Source of the DNA: Elusimicrobia bacterium GWA2_62_23
GTDB lineage: Bacteria > Elusimicrobiota > Elusimicrobia > Elusimicrobiales > UBA9959
Length of the DNA stretch: 64,000 nucleotides
Reading direction: 5' to 3'
NCBI GenBank assembly: GCA_001799635.1
Contig: MGTV01000038.1
Coordinates: forward strand, 2,376-66,375
Below are positions 18,778-29,819 of this stretch, piece after piece. Within the stretch, counting starts at the first letter, position 1. The number at the start of each line of letters is the position of its first letter. The position numbers were made by a program, and so were the translations under genes. The notes under the pieces were generated by a model. It made no database searches, was not told the DNA's origin, and saw only the letters and a list, made by a program, of their open reading frames with translations.

Positions 18778-19892
18778 CGGAATTCTACGCCGCCAATTCC
18801 GACCTGATCCTTTTCGCCGGCGCCGCGGCGTTCAAGACCCTCGTTTTCCTCAACGGCGTCATGGGCTTCACCGCCCTGCTGACCCTGGCCGAACGCAAGG
18901 TCAGCGCCCTGATGCAGGACCGCATCGGCCCCAACCGGGCTTCCCTGTTCGGTCTGGCCCTCAACGGCCTGTTCCACCCCGTGGCCGACGGCATAAAGAT
19001 GGTGATGAAAGAGGATTTCGTGCCGGGCCGCGCCGAGAAGCTGCTCTTCACGCTGGCCCCTTTCTTCGCGCTGGTGCCCGTGCTCGCCCTTTTCTCCGTG
19101 ATCCCTTTCGGCGACTACGTCATGGTCTTCGGCTACCAGCTGGACCTGCAGATAGCCGACGTGCCGCTGGGCCTGTTCCTGGTGCTGGCGCTGTCTGGCC
19201 TGGCTATCTACGGCGTATTCCTGGGCGGCTGGTCAGCCAAGAACAACTTCGCCCTGCTGGGCGCCCTGCGCGGCGCCGCGCAGATGATCTCCTACGAAGT
19301 GGTGCTGGGGCTTACGCTCGTGGGCCTGCTGATGATCTTCGGCTCGGCGAGCCTGCAGGACATAGTGCGGGCCCAGGGGCGCCTGCTCTTCGGCTGGCTG
19401 CCGGCGTGGGGCGTGGTCTACCAGCCTTTCGCCTTCATCCTGTTCCTGGTGGCCGCCGTGGCCGAGAACAAGCGCACCCCGTTCGACCTCGTCGAGGGCG
19501 AATCGGAGATCATCGGCTACTTCATGGAGTACAGTTCCATGCGCTTCGCCGCTTTCATGTTCTCCGAGTTCGTGGAGATCATCCTGATCTCCATGCTCGC
19601 CTCCACCCTGTTCTTCGGCGGCTGGCAGGTGCCCTACCTCTACGAGAGCGGCTTCATCCTTCCCGGCGGCAAAGCCCTCGCCCTGAACCACTACCTGGTG
19701 GCGCTGCTGCAGGTGGGCGCGTTCTCGGCCAAGACCGTATTTTTCTCCTGGTTCCTGCTGGTAGTGCGCTGGACGCTGCCGCGCTTCCGTTTCGACCAGC
19801 TGATGGGCCTGTGCTGGAAGCGGCTCCTGCCGCTGGCCCTGCTCAACATCCTGGTCACCGGCGCGGTGATGCTGGCTTTAGGAAAAGTATGA
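18774..19892 (+). CDS. nuoH: NADH-quinone oxidoreductase subunit H
   Basis: 372 aa polytopic membrane protein: AERKVSALMQDRIGPNR, ENKRTPFDLVEGESE. Confidence 0.9.
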   Translation: MTEFYAANSDLILFAGAAAFKTLVFLNGVMGFTALLTLAERKVSALMQDRIGPNRASLFGLALNGLFHPVADGIKMVMKEDFVPGRAEKLLFTLAPFFALVPVLALFSVIPFGDYVMVFGYQLDLQIADVPLGLFLVLALSGLAIYGVFLGGWSAKNNFALLGALRGAAQMISYEVVLGLTLVGLLMIFGSASLQDIVRAQGRLLFGWLPAWGVVYQPFAFILFLVAAVAENKRTPFDLVEGESEIIGYFMEYSSMRFAAFMFSEFVEIILISMLASTLFFGGWQVPYLYESGFILPGGKALALNHYLVALLQVGAFSAKTVFFSWFLLVVRWTLPRFRFDQLMGLCWKRLLPLALLNILVTGAVMLALGKV

Positions 19893-20449
19893 TAAGCGTA
19901 AAGAAAGTGGACAACCGCCCCCTGAACTGGCTCGAGAGGATCTACCTCCCGGAGATAGCCCGCGGGCTGGCCGTCACGCTCCGCCATTTCTTCGTCAACC
20001 TCTTTAACCCGAAAGGCATGCCCACCGTGCAGTACCCGGAGCAGCAACTGGAACTGCCGCACGCGGCCAAAACGCGCACCCGCCACCGCCTCAAGCTGCG
20101 CGCGGACAATTCGCCCAAGTGCGTGGCCTGCTTCATGTGCCAGACCGCCTGCCCCGCCTACTGCATCCGCATCGAGGCCGCCGAATACCCGGACAACGCC
20201 GTGGAAAAATACCCCGCCGTTTTCGACATCGACCTGGCCCGCTGCGTGATGTGCGGCATGTGCGTGGAAGCCTGCCCGGAAGACGCCATAGCCATGGACA
20301 CGCTCGAGATCCCCGGCGGCGAGCAGGACCGCGCCCGGCTGAAACTGACCAAGGAAGACCTGCTGCGCAACCTCCCCGGCGAGCCGTCCGTGGTCGGCGC
20401 GGCCAACCGTCTGGCCAACGAATATCTCAAGTCTAAGGGGGGAGCATGA
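19889..20449 (+). CDS. nuoI: NADH-quinone oxidoreductase subunit I
   Basis: Taken from ATG 19889 (ATGA overlap with the nuoH stop) inside ORF 19406..20449: MISVKKV... with two ferredoxin motifs (CVACFMCQTACP, CVMCGMCVEACP). Confidence 0.88.
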   Translation: MISVKKVDNRPLNWLERIYLPEIARGLAVTLRHFFVNLFNPKGMPTVQYPEQQLELPHAAKTRTRHRLKLRADNSPKCVACFMCQTACPAYCIRIEAAEYPDNAVEKYPAVFDIDLARCVMCGMCVEACPEDAIAMDTLEIPGGEQDRARLKLTKEDLLRNLPGEPSVVGAANRLANEYLKSKGGA

Positions 20450-20946
20450 TCCTCAACGCCGCCATCTACGGCTTCGGCGGCCTGGCCGTCCTCGCCACCC
20501 TGCTCATGATCTTCCAGCGCGACTCCGTCAAGGCCGCCCTGCTGATGCTCCTGGCCCTGCTCTCCACCGCCGCGCTCTACCTGGCGCTGAGCGCCCAGCT
20601 GGTGGCCATCCTGCAGGTGATCCTCTACGCCGGCGCCATCATGACCCTCTTCATAGTGGCCCTGACCGTGACCCCGGCCGCCTGGCGCGACCGCCAGCCT
20701 GCGGCGAGCGTCAAAGGCCTGCTGGGCCTGGCCGCGGCCGCCGTGCTCTTCGCCGAACTCCTGAAGGCGGCCGCCCCGCTGCGGGCCGTCGCGGCCTCCC
20801 GGGAATTCGCCGAGACCGGCTCCCTGGAACTCGCCCGCCTGCTCTTCGGCCCCTACGTCTTCCAGTTCGAACTGCTGTCGCTCGTGATCCTGGCCGCTAT
20901 AGTGGCGGCCGTGGCCCTGACCTCCAGAAGGAGGACCGCCGTATGA
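20446..20946 (+). CDS. nuoJ: NADH-quinone oxidoreductase subunit J
   Basis: 166 aa hydrophobic protein at the expected position in the operon, with overlapping start and stop. Confidence 0.85.
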   Translation: MILNAAIYGFGGLAVLATLLMIFQRDSVKAALLMLLALLSTAALYLALSAQLVAILQVILYAGAIMTLFIVALTVTPAAWRDRQPAASVKGLLGLAAAAVLFAELLKAAAPLRAVAASREFAETGSLELARLLFGPYVFQFELLSLVILAAIVAAVALTSRRRTAV

Positions 20947-21232
20947 CCCAGTTCCACCTGCTGGCCATAAGTTTCGCCCTGTTCGCCTCCGCGGCGGCGG
21001 GCTTTCTCACCTGCAACAGCCTGGTGCGCATGCTGATGTTCCTGGAGCTCATGCTCAACGCGGCCAACGTGGCCATAGTGGCGCTGGGCCAGGGCGCCGT
21101 CGGGCACGCCTACGCCGTCATGCTGTTCGCCGTGGCCGCGGCCGAGGCCGGCGTCGGCCTGGCGCTCATCCTCTCGCTGGCCTCCGTCTTCCGGACGCTG
21201 GAACCCGGCAACATCAAGGAGCTGAAAGGCTG

Positions 21233-21233
<1 letters not shown>
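20943..21233 (+). CDS. nuoK: NADH-quinone oxidoreductase subunit K
   Basis: 96 aa, three TM helices, with ELMLNAANV and AAAEAGVGLA motifs. Confidence 0.88.
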
Positions 21234-23125
<1,892 letters not shown>

Positions 23126-23126
23126 A

Positions 23127-24668
23127 ATGGAATTCCTCACCAACCCTCTTTCGCTCCTGATCGTCCTGCCCGCCTCGGCCGCGGTCCTGCTGCTGCTGGT
23201 TCCGCCGCAGAGCGAAAACCTGCTCAGGCGGGGGGCCCTGTTCGCCGCGACCCTCACTTTCCTGGTCTCCCTTAAACTCTGGACCGGTTTCGACCCGGCT
23301 TCCTCCGCCCCGCAGTTCGCGCTGGACCTCGCCTGGCTGCCGGCCTACGGCATACGCTACGCCCTTGGCATCGACGGGATAAGCCTGCTGATGATCATGC
23401 TCACGGCCTTCCTGATGCCCGTTTCGGTCCTGGCTTCGTTCAACTACATCAAGGAAAGTCAGAAGGCCTACTACGTCTGCCTGCTGCTGCTCGAAGCCGC
23501 CATGATAGGCGTATTCGCCGTGACCGACCTGTTCGTGTTCTACCTGTTCTGGGAAGCCATGCTGATCCCCATGTACTTCCTCATAGGCGTCTGGGGCGGG
23601 CCGCGCCGGATCTACGCCGCGCTCAAGTTCTTCATCTATACCATGGCCGGCTCGGTGCTGATGCTGGCCGCCATCCTGTGGCTGGTCGCGGCCCAGCACA
23701 CCGCCACCGGCGTCTGGACCTTCTCCATCCCGGCCCTCTGCGCCGGGGTCCTCACCGCCCAGGCCCAGACCTGGCTGTTCGCGGCTTTCGCGCTGGCCTT
23801 CGCGGTGAAAGTGCCGCTGTTCCCTTTCCACACCTGGCTGCCCGACGCGCACGTGGAGGCGCCCACGGCCGGCTCGGTGCTGCTGGCCGGCGTGCTGCTG
23901 AAGATGGGCGTGTACGGCTACCTGCGGCTGGCGGTGCCGCTGTTCCCGCAGGCCGCCCTGGCCGCGGCGCCCTGGCTGGCCGGGCTCGGCGTAGTCGGGA
24001 TAATTTACGGGTCCCTGGTGGCGTGGAGCCAGCGGGACATGAAGAAGATGGTGGCCTACTCCTCGGTGGCGCACCTCGGCACGGTGATGCTGGGCGTCAT
24101 GGCCTTCGAGCCGGCGGCCGTGGCGGGCGCGGTGCTGCAGATGGTCAACCACGGCCTGTCCACCGGCGCCCTGTTCCTGCTGGTGGGCGTGCTCTACGAG
24201 CGCCGCCACACGCGCCTCATAGAGGATTACGGCGGGCTCGCCAAGGTGATGCCAGGATTTGCCGCGGTGTTCATGATAGTCACGCTTTCTTCGGTGGGCC
24301 TGCCCGGCCTGAACGGCTTTATCGGCGAGGTGCTGGTGCTGTTCGGGGCCTTCAGGGTCTACCCGTGGCTCGCCGGCCTGGCGGTGCTCGGCGTCATCCT
24401 GTCGGCGGTCTACATGCTGGGCATGTACCAGCAGGTGGTGTTCGGCCCGCTGCGCCATACGGAGAACAAGGTGCTGGCGGACCTCACCCCCAGGGAGTGG
24501 CTGTACCTGCTGCCGCTGCTGGCCTTCATCCTGCTCATAGGCGTGTGGCCCAACCCTTTCCTCAAGCGTTCCATGCCGGCCGTGGCTAACTATATCAACT
24601 CCGCGCACCGGCAGGCCGCCCCGCCGCCCGCCGAAGTGAAATTCTCGCTCGGAGGCGAGGCGAAATGA
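23127..24668 (+). CDS. nuoM: NADH-quinone oxidoreductase subunit M
   Basis: 513 aa: FYLFWEAMLIPMYFLIG, VKVPLFPFHTWLPDAHVEAPT. Confidence 0.9.
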   Translation: MEFLTNPLSLLIVLPASAAVLLLLVPPQSENLLRRGALFAATLTFLVSLKLWTGFDPASSAPQFALDLAWLPAYGIRYALGIDGISLLMIMLTAFLMPVSVLASFNYIKESQKAYYVCLLLLEAAMIGVFAVTDLFVFYLFWEAMLIPMYFLIGVWGGPRRIYAALKFFIYTMAGSVLMLAAILWLVAAQHTATGVWTFSIPALCAGVLTAQAQTWLFAAFALAFAVKVPLFPFHTWLPDAHVEAPTAGSVLLAGVLLKMGVYGYLRLAVPLFPQAALAAAPWLAGLGVVGIIYGSLVAWSQRDMKKMVAYSSVAHLGTVMLGVMAFEPAAVAGAVLQMVNHGLSTGALFLLVGVLYERRHTRLIEDYGGLAKVMPGFAAVFMIVTLSSVGLPGLNGFIGEVLVLFGAFRVYPWLAGLAVLGVILSAVYMLGMYQQVVFGPLRHTENKVLADLTPREWLYLLPLLAFILLIGVWPNPFLKRSMPAVANYINSAHRQAAPPPAEVKFSLGGEAK

Positions 24669-26074
24669 CCCCCGAAATACTGGACTTCACCGCCAATTCC
24701 GCGGCCCTGCCGCTCATGCTGCTCATCGCTGGGCTGCTGATCCTGCTGCTGCCGCTGTTCGTCCGGCGGCTGAACGGAGCGCAGGGGTTCATAGCCGCGG
24801 GCGCGCTCATAGCCATGGCCTTCTTTTTCCGGCGCCCGCCGGCGGCCGAGGTGGCCCTCTTCAACGGCGCCCTGGTGCTGAACCCGCTGTCCGCTTATCT
24901 CTGGGCTTTCGCCACGGCCGCCCTGGGGCTGGTGGTGCTGCTCTCGCTGGCGCGGCAGGCCGCGCCCGACGAAAGCCAGGGGGAATACTATTTCCTTCTG
25001 TTCATGGCCGCGATCGGGCTCATGGTCCTGGTGGCGGCCGGGGACCTGTTCACCGCCTTCATCGCGCTGGAACTCCTGAGCCTGCCGGTCTACGCCCTGG
25101 CGGGCATACGCCGGTCCAAGCCCGGCCTGGAGGCCGCCTATAAATATTTCATGCTGGGGGCTTTCGGCTCGGGCATGACGGTGCTGGGCATCGCCGTGCT
25201 GAACGCGCTCTACCCGGCGCTCTCTTTCGCCGCGCTCAAGGCCGGCCCCGCCTCGCCGCTGGCCCTGGCCGGCTTCCTGCTGGTGATCTCCGGCTTCGCT
25301 TTCAAGACGGCCCTGGTGCCGTTCCACATGTGGGTGCCCGACGCTTACGAAGGCGCCCCCACGCCGGTGGCGGCCTTCATGGGCGCCGCGGTAAAGGCCG
25401 GCGGCGTGATAGTGCTGTGGCGGCTCTTCCACCTGTTCGACGGCGGCCCGGTGATAAGGATCTTCTGGTGGCTGGCCGCGATAACCGTGACTTTCGCCAA
25501 CCTGGCGGCGCTCGCGCAGAGCGGGCTCAAGCGCCTGCTGGCCTACTCCTCGGTGGCCCACGCTGGCTACCTGGCGGTGGCTTTCTTCGGCGGGCGCCAG
25601 GGCGCGGAAGCGGTGCTGTACTACCTGCCTGTTTACGCCATGGCCACCATAGGCGCTTTCGCGGTGGCGGCGGCGCTGGAGACGGACGAGAAGGGCCCCC
25701 GGATAGAGGACCTGGCGGGCCTGGCCAAGGCCAGGCCGTGGCTGGCGGGCGCCATGGCCGCCTTCATGTTCTCGCTGGCTGGCGTGCCGCCGCTGGCGGG
25801 TTTCTTCGCTAAATTTTACGCTTTCGCCGGGGCGGTCAATTCAGGCTACACCGGCCTTGTCGTCCTGGCCGTGATAATGAGCGCGGTGAGCATGTACTAC
25901 TATCTGAAGGTCACGGTGGTGATGTACATGAAGCCGGCTGCCTCGGAGCAGGTTTATGAGGCCCCCGGTTTGGCCGAAGCGGTCATAGCCCTTATGGCCG
26001 CGGGCGTGCTGCTCGCCGGCGTCTTCTCCAAACCCCTGCTCGCCATCGCCTCCAACGCCGCAAGATACTTCTAG
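24665..26074 (+). CDS. nuoN: NADH-quinone oxidoreductase subunit N
   Basis: 469 aa: FKTALVPFHMWVPDAYEGAPTPV. Last gene of the operon. Confidence 0.9.
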   Translation: MTPEILDFTANSAALPLMLLIAGLLILLLPLFVRRLNGAQGFIAAGALIAMAFFFRRPPAAEVALFNGALVLNPLSAYLWAFATAALGLVVLLSLARQAAPDESQGEYYFLLFMAAIGLMVLVAAGDLFTAFIALELLSLPVYALAGIRRSKPGLEAAYKYFMLGAFGSGMTVLGIAVLNALYPALSFAALKAGPASPLALAGFLLVISGFAFKTALVPFHMWVPDAYEGAPTPVAAFMGAAVKAGGVIVLWRLFHLFDGGPVIRIFWWLAAITVTFANLAALAQSGLKRLLAYSSVAHAGYLAVAFFGGRQGAEAVLYYLPVYAMATIGAFAVAAALETDEKGPRIEDLAGLAKARPWLAGAMAAFMFSLAGVPPLAGFFAKFYAFAGAVNSGYTGLVVLAVIMSAVSMYYYLKVTVVMYMKPAASEQVYEAPGLAEAVIALMAAGVLLAGVFSKPLLAIASNAARYF

Positions 26075-26087
26075 CACACGGCGGGAC

Positions 26088-26202
26088 GGCCAAGGGGCTG
26101 TTCCGCTCGCCATGACTGCAGGGAACCGTTGCGCGGTTCCCCTCAATCGCTGCGCGATTGAGCCTCCTCTCCCCAAATGGCGCTCGGAACAGCCCCTTGG
26201 CC
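26088..26202 (+). repeat. structured intergenic repeat, family A copy 1 (18-bp closing stem plus two internal hairpins)
   Basis: GGCCAAGGGGCTGTTCCG (26088-26105) pairs perfectly with CGGAACAGCCCCTTGGCC (26185-26202). Internal hairpins are GGGAACCG-ttgcg-CGGTTCCC (26121-26141) and CAATCGC-tgc-GCGATTG (26144-26160). It lies between the convergent nuoN and ribE genes, so it probably also acts as a bidirectional terminator. Confidence 0.7.
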
Positions 26203-26228
26203 ATCCCTTAGCGCTCAAGCAGTAAAGG

Positions 26229-26831
26229 TTACAGAAAACCGTTTTGTTTGAGGAAGTCCCGGGTGATGCCGGGGGGTCTGGCGGAGGCGTATTTACCGAG
26301 GATGTCGTACTCGACGTTCAGGAATGCTCCGGGCTTGAGTGTTTTCAGGGCGGTATTGGCCCAGGTGTGGGGGATGACGGCGGCCTTGAAGGAGCAGGGT
26401 TTCACGTCGTAAACGGTCAGGCTTATCCCGTCGAGGGCTACGGACCCCTTCTCCACCATCACCGCGTCGGCGGACTTTTCCACTTCTATAATTCTGCTGT
26501 TGCCGTCGTCGCGCACGGAAAGAAGGCGCGCGGTACGGTCTATATGGCCCGTTACGAAGTGACCGCCTAATCTGGCGCCCACGGCCAGGGCGCGCTCTAA
26601 ATTCACCACAGAACCGGATTTCAATCCGCCCAAGGTGGTGCGGGAGAAGCTTTCAGGACTGACGGCGAAGCCGGCCACGCCGGCCTTATGGGAAACGACG
26701 GTAAGGCAGGCGCCGTTGACCGCCACGCTTTCGCCCGCAGCCAGCGCCCAATCTGCAGGCACAAAGACTTCCAGCTTCCCGAAGGAAGCGGACTTTATCT
26801 TTTCTACTGCTTCAATTATTCCGGTAAACAT
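26229..26831 (-). CDS. ribE: riboflavin synthase
   Basis: 200 aa: MFTGIIE..., two lumazine-binding repeats (VNGACLTV / LDGISLTV). Confidence 0.9.
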   Translation of the reverse strand: MFTGIIEAVEKIKSASFGKLEVFVPADWALAAGESVAVNGACLTVVSHKAGVAGFAVSPESFSRTTLGGLKSGSVVNLERALAVGARLGGHFVTGHIDRTARLLSVRDDGNSRIIEVEKSADAVMVEKGSVALDGISLTVYDVKPCSFKAAVIPHTWANTALKTLKPGAFLNVEYDILGKYASARPPGITRDFLKQNGFL

Positions 26832-27925
26832 CAGAACCTCAGATCCAGCATAAGGTCGGGCCCCACTTTGGTAACGGAGGCCAGTTCAGGCCTGAGGCCC
26901 AGCTCTTTGCGCGCGGCGTTCAGCTCGTCGGGCCAGACCATGGAATTTTTGGAATCAATCCCGCCTATTATCACCGGCGCCACGAAACAGACGAAGCGGT
27001 CCGCCAGGCCTTCGCTGATAAAAGCGCCGGCCACCTGCCCGCCGCCTTCCACCAGCACGTGGGCTATCCCAAGTTTGCCGAGCTCCTTTAGCAACGCCTT
27101 AAGAGAAACACGGCCCTTCTCCGAAGGGAGAACCATTATTTTAGCGTTGTGGGGGAACTGCTTCATGGCCGTAACCGAAGCCTTGTGCGTAGTGGCTATG
27201 ATCACGCGCTCGTTCTGAAAGATCTGCGCCTTGCGCGGCACGCGGAAAGAAGAATCCAGCGCGACGATCCAGGGCTGCTGTCTCACCTTCACCCCGCGGA
27301 CGTTGAGCAGCGGGTCGTCGGCCAGCACCGTGCCTATGCCGGCCAGCACGGCGTCGGCCTCCGCCCTTAATCTATGGGTTTCTTTGCGGGACTGGGGGGA
27401 GGAGATCCAGCGGGAACGCCCGGCGGCGTCGGCTATGCGGCCGTCCAGGCTCTGGGCGATCTTTACGGTAACGTACGGCAGGCCGGTCTTCATGAACTTA
27501 TTGAAAGCCGGATTCAGCGCCTCGCAAGCCTTCTTCAGCACTCCCGTCTTGACCTTTAACCCCGCCTTGCGAAGTATAGCAGACGCTTTGCTTGCGTTGA
27601 CAGGGTTAGGGTCGAGGGCCCCTATATATATATTCCTTATCCTAGCGCGGATAAGGGCCTGGGTGCAGGGCGGCGTTTTGCCGTAAGTGGAACAGGGCTC
27701 CAGCGTCACGTAGAGGTCAGCCCCGGCGGGGCTGACGCGGCAGGCGCGCAGGGCGTTTATTTCGGCGTGCGGCCCGCCGTAGCACAGGTGGGCGCCTTCG
27801 CCTATTATCCGGCCGCCTTTAACCAGCACGGCCCCCACCAAGGGGTTCGGATGGGCGTCAAAGCGCCCACGCCGGGCCAGTTCTATGGCCCGGGCCATGA
27901 AGGTCTCGCGGCGGCCGGCCGGCAT
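26831..27925 (-). CDS. ribD: bifunctional diaminohydroxyphosphoribosylaminopyrimidine deaminase / 5-amino-6-(5-phosphoribosylamino)uracil reductase
   Basis: 364 aa with the deaminase motif HAEINAL...TLEPCSTYGKTPPC and a reductase C-terminal half. Confidence 0.9.
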   Translation of the reverse strand: MPAGRRETFMARAIELARRGRFDAHPNPLVGAVLVKGGRIIGEGAHLCYGGPHAEINALRACRVSPAGADLYVTLEPCSTYGKTPPCTQALIRARIRNIYIGALDPNPVNASKASAILRKAGLKVKTGVLKKACEALNPAFNKFMKTGLPYVTVKIAQSLDGRIADAAGRSRWISSPQSRKETHRLRAEADAVLAGIGTVLADDPLLNVRGVKVRQQPWIVALDSSFRVPRKAQIFQNERVIIATTHKASVTAMKQFPHNAKIMVLPSEKGRVSLKALLKELGKLGIAHVLVEGGGQVAGAFISEGLADRFVCFVAPVIIGGIDSKNSMVWPDELNAARKELGLRPELASVTKVGPDLMLDLRF

Positions 27926-27927
27926 GA

Positions 27928-28389
27928 TTATTTCAGCGCCTTGAAGAGGTTCGCCATCTCTATGGCCGACACGGCGGCTTCGGCGCCTTTGTTGCCGTGC
28001 TTCACGCCGGCGCGCTCTATGGCCTGCTCCAGGTTGTCGGCGGTGATCACGCCGAAGGCCACCGGCACCTTATGCTTCATGGAGACCGCGGCTATGCCCT
28101 TGGCCGTTTCCTGCGCCACGAAGTCGAAGTGGGGGGTGTCTCCCTTTATGACCGCGCCCAGGCAGAGAATGGCGTCGTAGGGGCCCGAAGCGAGTTTCTC
28201 ACAGACCACCGGGATCTCATAGGCCCCGGGAGTCTTCACCACGGTAATGTCCTTCTCGTCCGCGCCGTGGCGCTTCAGGGAATCCACGGCCCCGTCGAGC
28301 AGGCGCCCGGTTATAAAATCGTTGAACCGGGAGACTATTATCGCGAACTTCAGCTTGTCGGCCTTAAAGCCGCCTTCTATGGTTTTCAT
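27928..28389 (-). CDS. ribH: 6,7-dimethyl-8-ribityllumazine synthase
   Basis: 153 aa: [23 protein letters not shown], ...GNKGAEAA. Confidence 0.9.
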   Translation of the reverse strand: MKTIEGGFKADKLKFAIIVSRFNDFITGRLLDGAVDSLKRHGADEKDITVVKTPGAYEIPVVCEKLASGPYDAILCLGAVIKGDTPHFDFVAQETAKGIAAVSMKHKVPVAFGVITADNLEQAIERAGVKHGNKGAEAAVSAIEMANLFKALK

Positions 28390-28406
28390 TGCTATTTCCT
28401 CCGTGC

Positions 28407-29618
28407 TCAGTGCTTTACAGCGAAAAGGTGCCCCATTTTATGGCGCTTGGTGCGCAGGTAACGGGCGTTGTGCTTGTTGGGCTCTATCACCAGCGGCACG
28501 CGGCCGGCTATCTCCAGCCCGTAACCGGAAAGGCCCGCCAGCTTGCGGGGATTATTGGTGATCAGGCGCAGCCGGCGCAGGCCGAGGTCGCAGAGGATCT
28601 GCGCCCCTATGCCGTAGTCGCGCAGGTCCGCCGGGAAGCCGAGCGCCTCGTTGGCGGTCACGGTATCGTAGCCCTTATCCTGGAGGCTGTAGGCCTTTAT
28701 CTTATTGGCCAGGCCTATGCCCCGGCCTTCCTGGCGCATGTAGAGGATGGCGCCGGCGCCTTCCTTGGCTATCAGCCGCATGGCGGCGTGCAGCTGCGGC
28801 CCGCAGTCGCAGCGGCGCGAGCCGAAGACGTCTCCCGTCAGGCACTCGGAATGCACGCGCACCAGCGCCGGGTCGCCTATCCTGCCCAGGGTCAGGGCCG
28901 CGTGCTCCAGGCCGGTCAGCCTTTCCTTATAGATGGCTATGTCGAACGTGCCGAACTCGGTGGGCAAAGTGGACACCGCGGCCCGCTCCACCAGGGATTC
29001 GGTGCGGCGGCGGTAGGCTATGAGGTCGGCTATGGTGCCCATCCTGAGCTTGTGGCGCCGCGCGAAGGCGGCCAGCTGCGGCAGCCGGGCCATGGTGCCG
29101 TCGGGGTTCATGATCTCGCAGATCACCCCGGCGCCGGAAAGGCCGGCCAGCCGCACCAGGTCCACGCAGGCTTCAGTATGGCCGGCCCTCGCCAGCACGC
29201 CGCCGGAACGTGCCCTGAGGGGGAAAATATGGCCTGGGCGGGTGAGGTCCGCTGGCAGGGCGCCGGGGTCGGACAGCACCTTTATGGTGCGGGCGCGGTC
29301 GGCGGCCGAGATGCCGGTGGTGACCCCCTTGGCCGCGTCCACGGAGATAAGCCAGCTGGTCTTGAAAGGGTCCTTGTTCTCGCGCTCCATCTGGAACAGG
29401 TCCAGGGCGGCGGCCCGGTCGGCCGTAAGCGGCGCGCAGATAAGACCGCGGCCGTACTTGGCCATGAAGTTTATTTTTTCCGGCGTGGCGAAGCGCCCGG
29501 CCAGCAGCAGGTCGCCTTCGTTCTCGCGGCCTTCGTCGTCGGTGATCACCACCATCCGGCCGCGCCGGATATCGGAAACGATGTCTTCTACGGGAGAGAA
29601 AAGATGTTTTTTTGCCAT
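28407..29618 (-). CDS. ribBA: bifunctional 3,4-dihydroxy-2-butanone-4-phosphate synthase / GTP cyclohydrolase II
   Basis: 403 aa: [16 protein letters not shown], then the GCH-II half ([20 protein letters not shown]). Confidence 0.9.
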   Translation of the reverse strand: MAKKHLFSPVEDIVSDIRRGRMVVITDDEGRENEGDLLLAGRFATPEKINFMAKYGRGLICAPLTADRAAALDLFQMERENKDPFKTSWLISVDAAKGVTTGISAADRARTIKVLSDPGALPADLTRPGHIFPLRARSGGVLARAGHTEACVDLVRLAGLSGAGVICEIMNPDGTMARLPQLAAFARRHKLRMGTIADLIAYRRRTESLVERAAVSTLPTEFGTFDIAIYKERLTGLEHAALTLGRIGDPALVRVHSECLTGDVFGSRRCDCGPQLHAAMRLIAKEGAGAILYMRQEGRGIGLANKIKAYSLQDKGYDTVTANEALGFPADLRDYGIGAQILCDLGLRRLRLITNNPRKLAGLSGYGLEIAGRVPLVIEPNKHNARYLRTKRHKMGHLFAVKH

Positions 29619-29648
29619 AAAAAAGCCCCGAATTCCTTCAGGGCTTTA
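29619..29648 (-). terminator. riboswitch expression-platform terminator hairpin
   Basis: The minus strand reads AAAGCCC-tgaaggaattcg-GGGCTTT followed by a T-run that runs directly into the ribBA ATG. Confidence 0.6.
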
Positions 29649-29689
29649 ATATGACGCGATAACAGGCGGTGCCGGTTAAGGGTCCATAA

Positions 29690-29799
29690 GTTCTTCTTTC
29701 ATCCGGACTTTACCGTCGGCTCCGGAATCGGACCGGATCTGCTCCTGGGAGCTTGCGGGCTTTACCGCCGGTGGGGAATCGCGCCCCGCCCTGAAGAAC
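29690..29799 (-). promoter_or_regulatory. FMN riboswitch (RFN element) aptamer
   Basis: The minus strand reads GTTCTTCAGGGCGGGGCGCGATTCCCCACCGGCGGTAAAGCCCGCAAGC...GATCCGGTCCGATTCCGGAGCCGACGGTAAAGTCCGGATGAAAGAAGAAC. All conserved RFN blocks are present and P1 is closed (GTTCTTC/GAAGAAC). It lies upstream of ribBA. Confidence 0.92.
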
Positions 29800-29808
29800 T
29801 ACAGGGAT

Positions 29809-29814
29809 ATTATA
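29809..29814 (-). promoter_or_regulatory. -10 box (TATAAT) of the rib operon promoter
   Basis: The minus strand reads atgtagTATAATatccc about 10 nt upstream of riboswitch P1. A TTGCCA -35-like hexamer sits 15 nt upstream, inside the end of the adhesin gene. Confidence 0.5.
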
Positions 29815-29819
29815 CTACA

